A stretch of DNA of 55,988 nucleotides, counting the filler, from Dirinaria sp. TL-2023a (taxonomy: Eukaryota): assembly GCA_051941275.1 (NCBI GenBank). It is 3 parts of 3 records of this genome, joined end to end, with 100 filler letters (N's around TTAATTAATTAA, not from the genome) between each part and the next. Parts side by side here need not be neighbours in the genome. Positions count along the whole stretch, not along the records: positions 37,405 to 55,988 come from JAVEBF010000376.1; 2 more parts are not named here. One strand, 5' to 3'. The translations under genes were made by a program, and so were the position numbers. A model generated the notes under the pieces. That model was not told the origin of the DNA, ran no database searches, and was given only the letters and a program-made list of their open reading frames with translations. Below, piece after piece: positions 48,905-55,988 of the stretch (position 1 is its first letter; each line of letters begins with the position of its first letter).

Positions 48905-49802
48905 ATGTCGAGCTTCGACCCTGTCGTAAGCTACCATGAACTCGCTGATGATAATAATCCCAAGGCACTGACATAAAGGCTCCTTCTCACAGGTCGTTAT
49001 CGATGGCAAAGGTCACCTTCTCGGACGCCTGGCTAGTATTGTAGCCAAACAACTTCTGAATGGTCAAAAGATTGTGGTTGTTCGCTGCGAAGCCCTCAAC
49101 ATCTCCGGAGAATTCTTTCGCGCAAAACGTACGTCTTATCTCCCTCGACAAAGCAATGGGTGGAGGCGCGAGGATGAGGCCGCTTTAGTTGCAACACCGC
49201 TAACATGGTCCGAATGACAGTAAAATACCTTGCCTACCTTCGCAAAATGACCCGCTACAATCCTACACGTGGAGGTGAGTCCCACACAAAGCTGATTACA
49301 ATAGGAGAAGCGGCAATGACAAATTCGCTTAGGACCATTTCATTTCCGTGCCCCTTCTCGCATTTTCTACAAGACTGTCCGTGGCATGATCCCGCACAAG
49401 ACTGCTCGTGGTGCCGCTGCAATGGAGCGTCTCAAGGTCTTCGAAGGTGTACCTCCACCCTACGACAAGAAGAAGCGGATGGTGGTGCCTCAAGCTCTTA
49501 GAGTACTGAGGCTGAAGCCGGGACGAAAGTACTGCACAGTTGGGAGACTGAGTCATGAGGTCGGCTGGAAGTATAAGGATGTGGTCGAGAGGTATGTGAA
49601 CCCAGATGCTGGAGACAGATACGTCAACTTGGCTTGGAGGAGATGCTGATGATCCTTACGCAGGCTGGAAGAGCGTAGGAAAGTGAAAGGAGCGGCCTAC
49701 TACGAACGGAAAAAGGCTATGAGGAGGCAATTATCAGAAGCACAGAAGAACGCCAGTGTGGATGAGAAACTCAAGCAACAGCTCGCCGAGTATGGTTACT
49801 AG
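48905..49802 (+). CDS. RPL16: 60S ribosomal protein L16 (uL13), multi-exon
   Basis: [57 protein letters not shown] and [28 protein letters not shown]. Confidence 0.97.
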
Positions 49803-50244
49803 GCTACCGGTCTATGATACTTTCTGAGCATGGATACGGGAACCTCTTTTCATTTGACCCGTGGCTAGCAGATTTGCTGGCAGGAATGCGATTGATGGTA
49901 GTGTCTAGCTCTTCACACAAAAACGACCAGCTCTTCCAATGCCCACGCTACCTTTTGGCCTGCTCTTCTTTACCGCCTGTTATCTGGCAAATAGCTTGAA
50001 TCCGCAATTAATGGGCCTCTGCTTGGCCGCGGTGGTGACGGCCCCCACGAATTCTGCCCTACGTACCTTAGCTCATGTATTAACCACGGGACCCGAGCCA
50101 CCTCACATACCGAACGATAATAGCTCGGCGATGTGTAGATACATATCTTGTCATACGTACAGTAGATTCTTGTTTCATCTACTGAATTGATGTTATTGTT
50201 GTTGTAGCGATTACTGGATCTTTTTCTACCCTGGGACGCCAACG

Positions 50245-52186
50245 ATGTCGGGGCCGCAGTCACGGCTGTCCAAGCTTGCGGCTCATTTGCTCCCATCAAC
50301 TGCAGTGCCAGACCATCAGCACCGCGTTAATTTCCACACCTTGTCCCCAACACTCTTTTTACCCCGCGCTGCCGCCATCGAGCCAGATGTTTGTGTACAA
50401 ACTCGGCGGCGGATCACACAATTACTGACTGGGAGAACAGGGTGAAGCAATCTATCATGTCACGGCCAACAACAAAATTTTACGGCGCTCGTACCAAGAG
50501 ACAGCGGACAGAGCTCGAGGATTGGCGTACTACCTCAGGAAACATGGCTACAAGAGAGTTGGCATATTGTGTCCCAATACACCAGCGTTCCTTGAGTCTA
50601 TCTTCGGAATCGCAGCTGCTGGAGCGGTCAATGTCGGTAGGACACGCTTCCATGATTGGCGCGTTGAATGCTGATGTCTAAGTAAGCGATCAACTACCGC
50701 CTCAAACATGAGGATATAGCCTACATCTTCGCTCATGCCGATGCCGATGTGATCATCGTAGATGCCGAGTTTCAGCCTCTTTTAGACGTTTACACTCAGG
50801 CAAATCCTAACGTCCCTTTGATAGTCGACACCGATACCGATGCTACGGAAGGCCAGCTGAGTGGTGAATTTGATGCAGCAGTCTTAGAAGGACTGAAATA
50901 CGATAAGGACAACGGAGGACATGGCTGGGAAGGGTTGCAGGTGCAAACGGATCAAGAGGAGGATACAATTGCTTTGGCTTATACGAGCGGCACGACAGCG
51001 AAACCCAAGGGAGTCGAGTATACACATCGCAGTTGCTATCTTGCGGCACTGGCCAACGTCATCGAATCGCAGCTCAACCATCCCTCTAGGCCGTGCAAGT
51101 ACCTCTGGACACTACCCATGTTTCACGCAATGGGTTGGACCTTTCCTTGGGCGGTCACGGCTGTCAGAGGCACGCACTATTGCTTGAGGAAGATCGACTT
51201 TCCCGAGATATGGAGGCTATTACGGGAGGAAGGGGTCACACATTACAATGCCGCACCAACTGTCAATACCTTACTTTGCACTGCTGAAGAAGCCGAACGC
51301 TTGGCAGAGCCTGTACGAGTTACCGTTGCAGCAAGTCCGCCTTCAGGACACCTTCTAGAGCAAATGACCAACCTGAACCTGCATCCAGTGCACGTATATG
51401 GCCTCACTGAAACATACGGGCCCATCACCAGAGGCTATCCAATGCCAGCTTGGAACTCCCTTCCAAAGGAAGCATTATACCAAAAGCTGGCCCGGCAAGG
51501 CCATGGCTTCATTACAAGCTTGCCCATCCGGGTTATCAAGACCGATCGGGATGACGGCGATATCGTGGACGTCAGAAAGGATGGCAAGGAGATAGGCGAG
51601 ATCGTGTGCATCGGAAACATCTGCGCTAAAGGCTACTACAAGGATGCGGCAGCAACAAAGAAACTTTTTGCGGGTGGTGTACTACACACTGGGGATCTAG
51701 TAGGTCGAGACGACTCCGGCATATTTTTATCTATTTTGAGAACTGATGCGAGTAGGCTGTCTGGCATGAAGATGGATCGGCACAGATTCTCGATAGGGCC
51801 AAGGATATCATCATCAGTGGTGAGCCAAGACTCTTTCTCGATATAGGCTTGGGCTAAGGCAAGACATAGGCGGGGAGAATATCTCATCGGTCGCTTTAGA
51901 GTCGATGCTGGCGACACATCCAGACATTCTCGAAGCAGCCGTAGTTGCTGTCTCCGACTCGCATTGGGGCGAACGACCCAAGGCCTTTATCACGGTCCAG
52001 GTGGGGAAGACGCTGAAAGGCGAGGATGTGATTGCATGGGCGAAGCATAAGAGCACCATCAGCAAATTCATGGTCCCACGCGAAGTCGAGGTGGTCGTGG
52101 AACTGCCCAAGACTAGCACGGGCAAACTCCGGAAGAACGTTCTCCGGGAGTGGGCAAAAGGGTCCGACCGGAGCATGGACAGGTAA
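50245..52186 (+). CDS. AMP-binding acyl-CoA synthetase, probably peroxisomal (multi-exon)
   Basis: YTSGTTAKPKG, YGLTETYGP, LHTGDL, DRAKDIIISGGENISS and ELPKTSTGK. N-terminal RLSKLAAHL fits PTS2. Confidence 0.92.
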
Positions 52187-53346
52187 AGTCAAAGATGGAT
52201 GTTGGAGTCCAGATGCTCTAGTGAGTACCTTACATTATGCTTTTGGGATGTAAGAAGTATGTCTCGAGATACGGTAGATGGATATGATCTGATATGATCT
52301 GGACGCGCGTCACATGAGTTTTTCCGTGGACGTATCAGGATGATCGTCAGCGATCTTCACCGGAGATAAGATGCCTTCGCTATAGATAGACGTGGGCGGC
52401 CCAAAGAGGCAATTGTGAGGCAGGTGAGGATGATGGAGTAGGAGTATTCAGGGTTAAGGTAGATGATTATTACTCAGCTTCCAACCTAGGTACCTAGAGG
52501 GACCTACCGTAGTAATTGACGAGGCCGGAATTGATGCCGCAACTCTACCAACCCTAAGTGCCGCTTCCAGGCTTCTGTCCGTAGGAGTACCTAAGGTCGT
52601 CCGTCCCCCGCCCGAACCGATCTCGGGCGGTTCACGAGACACCGAAAACGAACCACACTGACTAAACACAGCCTCACCAGCTCATCATCGCCTTACCTAC
52701 TTTACCTACCTTACCTTACATTAAACTACTGACCATCCAGACCGACTGAAACCTCTTCCCCTATTCTTCGCTGGATTCCGTGCTCAAGATACTACTGGAT
52801 CTGACCGATTTTTTATGACCACCTATGCGTCCCCTCAACACCATACGATGACCCTCCTGCGTTTGAAACAATAATGAACATTATTCTCGCCTCTTCGCTA
52901 GTTCTCAACCTAACCGCTTGCAAGCGCCGCAGTGTGATCACACCGCACTTCTCTGGCGGATCTCGGCTTTGACTGTAAACAGAACCTGAAAAGAAATCAA
53001 AAGGCATTCGGAAAGCGACGGCAAGTGGTGAGAAGTTCCACGGAACCAATTGCGTTGGAACCTAACTGTGAAGAAGGAACCTCCTCGGCCTTCACTGTGA
53101 ACGCCTGCCCGAGGCTTCTTGTTCATTCCCGTACCCTTAACCTCGCCCAAAGTCATACTTTCTGTTCCTTTTACTTCAAGCCACTCGGATTCTAGAGCAC
53201 TCTGCCATCGATTCCAGCACACGCGGCTTTGGAGCACGCGACAGCAACACGTCACCCAGACCAGCAACTCGACCTTGTCTTACTTCTTCGACATCCTACC
53301 TTCCAAAAGCTGTCCTCAGCTATACCAGCCGAAGGCGCTACCCACA

Positions 53347-55363
53347 ATGGAATCTCTGCTGGCTGCACAAGAAATGCCTCCTCAGACGGCCAGGCCTCAG
53401 CTCCCGCTACTCGAAGTTAGCGAGTCTACCTCAGCATCCTCTTCCGCCAGCTCGCCAGAACAAGCCGCATACGACGACGCCGACTTTTTCCTCGAACATC
53501 GCAATGACTCCCAATCCTCAATCGGTGCACTGTCCCTGCGAGATATGACCGTGTCCCCGTCGCAAGAACGGGAATATCGAATGTCCCCAATAAGCCGTCT
53601 CCCACCCGAGCTACTCATAGGTGTATTCGCAAAGCTGGGCTCCACCACCGATTTGAAAAATTGCATACTGGTCTCGAAGACATGGGCGAGGAACTGTGTG
53701 GACCTGCTTTGGCATAGGCCATTGTGCAACAACTGGAAGAACTTGGCCAATGTTGTCACATCAGTCGGGAAACCAGATAGCTACTTTCCATACCGCGATC
53801 TCGTGAGGCGGTTGAATCTTTCCAGTCTCACCGATTCTGTCAATGACGGGACCGTTACGCCCTTCCAATGGTGCAAGAGGATAGAGCGGTTGACTCTTAC
53901 CGGATGCAAGAAATTGACCGATCAAGGGGTAATGACACTGTTAGACGGCAGTAGGAGCCTTTTAGCGCTGGATGTTACGGGGCTGAATTCAATCACCGAC
54001 CACACCCTTCTAGCTGTTGCGCGCAACTGTGGCCGCCTCCAAGGACTCAATATCACGGAATGTTCTCGGGTCACTGATGAATCACTCGTAGCAGTAGCTG
54101 AGAATTGCCGATATCTGAAACGAGTGTGTACCCCGCCTAAAGCGCTACAGAGCTCTTGACTAACAACCTACAGCTGAAGCTCAACAATTGCTCCCTCATT
54201 ACAGACGAGTCTATCACAGCTGTCGCAAAATTCTGCCCAGCTATGCTTGAGATCGATCTCCACAACTGCAAACTAGTCACCAGCAAGTCCATTACCGATC
54301 TGCTAGCCCATGGTCGACAGCTCCGTGAACTACGTGTCAACCACTGCAGGCTTATCACGGATCAGGCATTCCTCGATCTCCCCAAAAGCCTATCCTTCGA
54401 AAGCCTTCGAATTCTCGATCTTACAGACTGTGACCAACTACATGATGAGGCCGTGGAAAAGATCATTGACACTTCTCCACGATTACGAAACCTAGTCCTG
54501 GCCAAGTGCAGAGAGGTTACCGATCGCTCCGTTATGGCTATCACCAAGCTGGGTAAAAACCTTCACTACATCCACTTGGGCCACTGTGGGAATATTACCG
54601 ACGAAGCAGTCATTCAGCTAGTGAAGCTATGTAATCGGATACGGTACATTGATCTTGCCTGCTGCCACCGGCTCACGGATGCCAGTGTTCAGCAACTGGC
54701 TCAACTCCCAAAGCTGAGGCGCATTGGACTTGTAAAATGCCATAACATCTCGGATCGGAGCATAATTGCCTTGGCGAAATCAGGGGTACGGAGACCCACC
54801 AAAGCTGTAGCGGAAAGTCTGCTTGAGAGAGTTCACTTGAGCTACTGCTTACACTTGACACTTGGGGTGGGTTGATCCGCATCATTTCAACGCCTTTGCG
54901 GCTAATGCTTCCATAGGGCATACACGCTCTTCTAAACCAGTGTCCCAAACTTACTCATCTAAGTTTGACGGGCGTAGCGGCCTTCTACATGCGGGAAGAC
55001 CTCCTCGAGTTTTGTCGAGAAGCACCTGTTGGTGAGTTCCAAAAAACTTTTGCCTCATGTTTCAATCAAGCTTTACTGACTCATCTATTCTCTCTAGAAT
55101 TTACAGCGCATCAGCGCACCGTCTTCTGCGTTTTCTCCGGCGACGGTGTCAATCGCCTGCGCAACTACCTCAACACAGACCCCCAGTCTATCTACGACAC
55201 CGAGGGAACGATGTACGACGATCGCGAAATCACAGATGGGGACAACGACCAACAAGTTGCCTCATTGATGAACATGGCTGGCATCAACGACGATGAAGAT
55301 GGCGAAGAAGATCCAGAGGCAGGAGAAGGAAGCCAATTCGGAGGGGAAGCGGAAGGAATATAA
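53347..55363 (+). CDS. GRR1: SCF F-box/LRR protein Grr1 (GrrA), 4 exons
   Basis: F-box ISRLPPELLIGVF...LLWHRP, FPYRDLVRRLNLS, LRRs, LERVHLSYC, LTHLSLTGV and EFTAHQRTVFCVFSG. Confidence 0.95.
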
Positions 55364-55988
55364 GATGCCTCTTGCTAGATCCTTGCAAATAGCAAGTCTG
55401 TTGATGCCGCACGCACTTCCCTCCGTCGCGGGGAGGGCTTGTCATCAAGCGACAAACGGGAAAAAAAAAAAAAAAAAAAAAATCTTTTGGAAGCATGCAG
55501 CCAGCCATCTTTTAAGCAAAACACAAGCGAGAGAGGGAGCACGTCGGAGAGGCGGTGTGGCAACAAGCAGAAGCAGGGGAGAAAACAAAACTCGTGTGTG
55601 TGTGTGTGGAAAAAACGTCAGTTACATAGGTAGACGGCAGATTTCCTCTTTTTAAGCGATACCCTCTTCCATAGTTATTAGCAATTCCGTGACGGCCGGA
55701 CGAACGAGAGAAGACTTTTCTACTTACCTACCTACCTGTATTAGCTACTTTTTCCTCACCTACGAGCTTTTCTTTTTTTACGCTGACTTGATTTCTTTGT
55801 GTGCAGGCATAGGCATAGGCATGGAACAGGTACTGTGACATTGATTCAATAATGACTAGCTGATAGCTACTTACTATTTACTACTTCTACTCCTGATACT
55901 GCTCTCTCCCTCTCCCTCTCTACTTCCCCAGCGTCATAGCAATCAGGTAGCATACTTATTATTCCTAATCGTTCCCAACCCATCAGGG

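Noticed and set aside
48926..48992. C/D snoRNA in RPL16 intron 1 (TGATGA...CTGA)
   Set aside because: The boxes are under 30 nt apart, and the CTGAC is the likely branch point.
1..55988. CRISPR array, secondary-metabolite cluster, or functional linkage of the Whi5-like and GRR1 genes
   Set aside because: There is no repeat-spacer array and no PKS, NRPS or terpene synthase backbone. The two cell-cycle genes are on different contigs. The many antisense ORFs are shadows of the real CDSs.

Overview
Filamentous ascomycete (Pezizomycotina, Eurotiomycete-like) genomic DNA with short GT-AG introns. The window is three contigs joined by artificial 100-nt spacers (44 N + TTAATTAATTAA + 44 N at 18608-18707 and 37305-37404), so adjacency across the joins is not biological. 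Most of it is housekeeping genes: a Whi5/Nrm1-like repressor, a KH-domain protein, a large disordered protein, SDT1, IDH2, SEC5, a GABA/amino-acid permease, prefoldin 4, an MFS transporter, a GH125 mannosidase, LHS1, DML1, PFF1, a methyltransferase-like protein, RPL16, an acyl-CoA synthetase and GRR1. Five observations stand out: (1) an unidentified ~285-nt structured, probably Pol III-transcribed RNA with a tRNA-like head at 12118-12402 (-); (2) a retrotransposon relic almost entirely stripped of CC/GG dinucleotides but retaining CpA and CpG, which suggests a non-canonical CpC-targeted RIP-like hypermutation, with an unmutated solo LTR nested in it; (3) a recurrent intergenic palindrome TACCTWAGGTA; (4) a small spliced gene missed by the ORF track; (5) two secreted-protein genes beside the TE relic. 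All calls come from reading the sequence; no searches were run.
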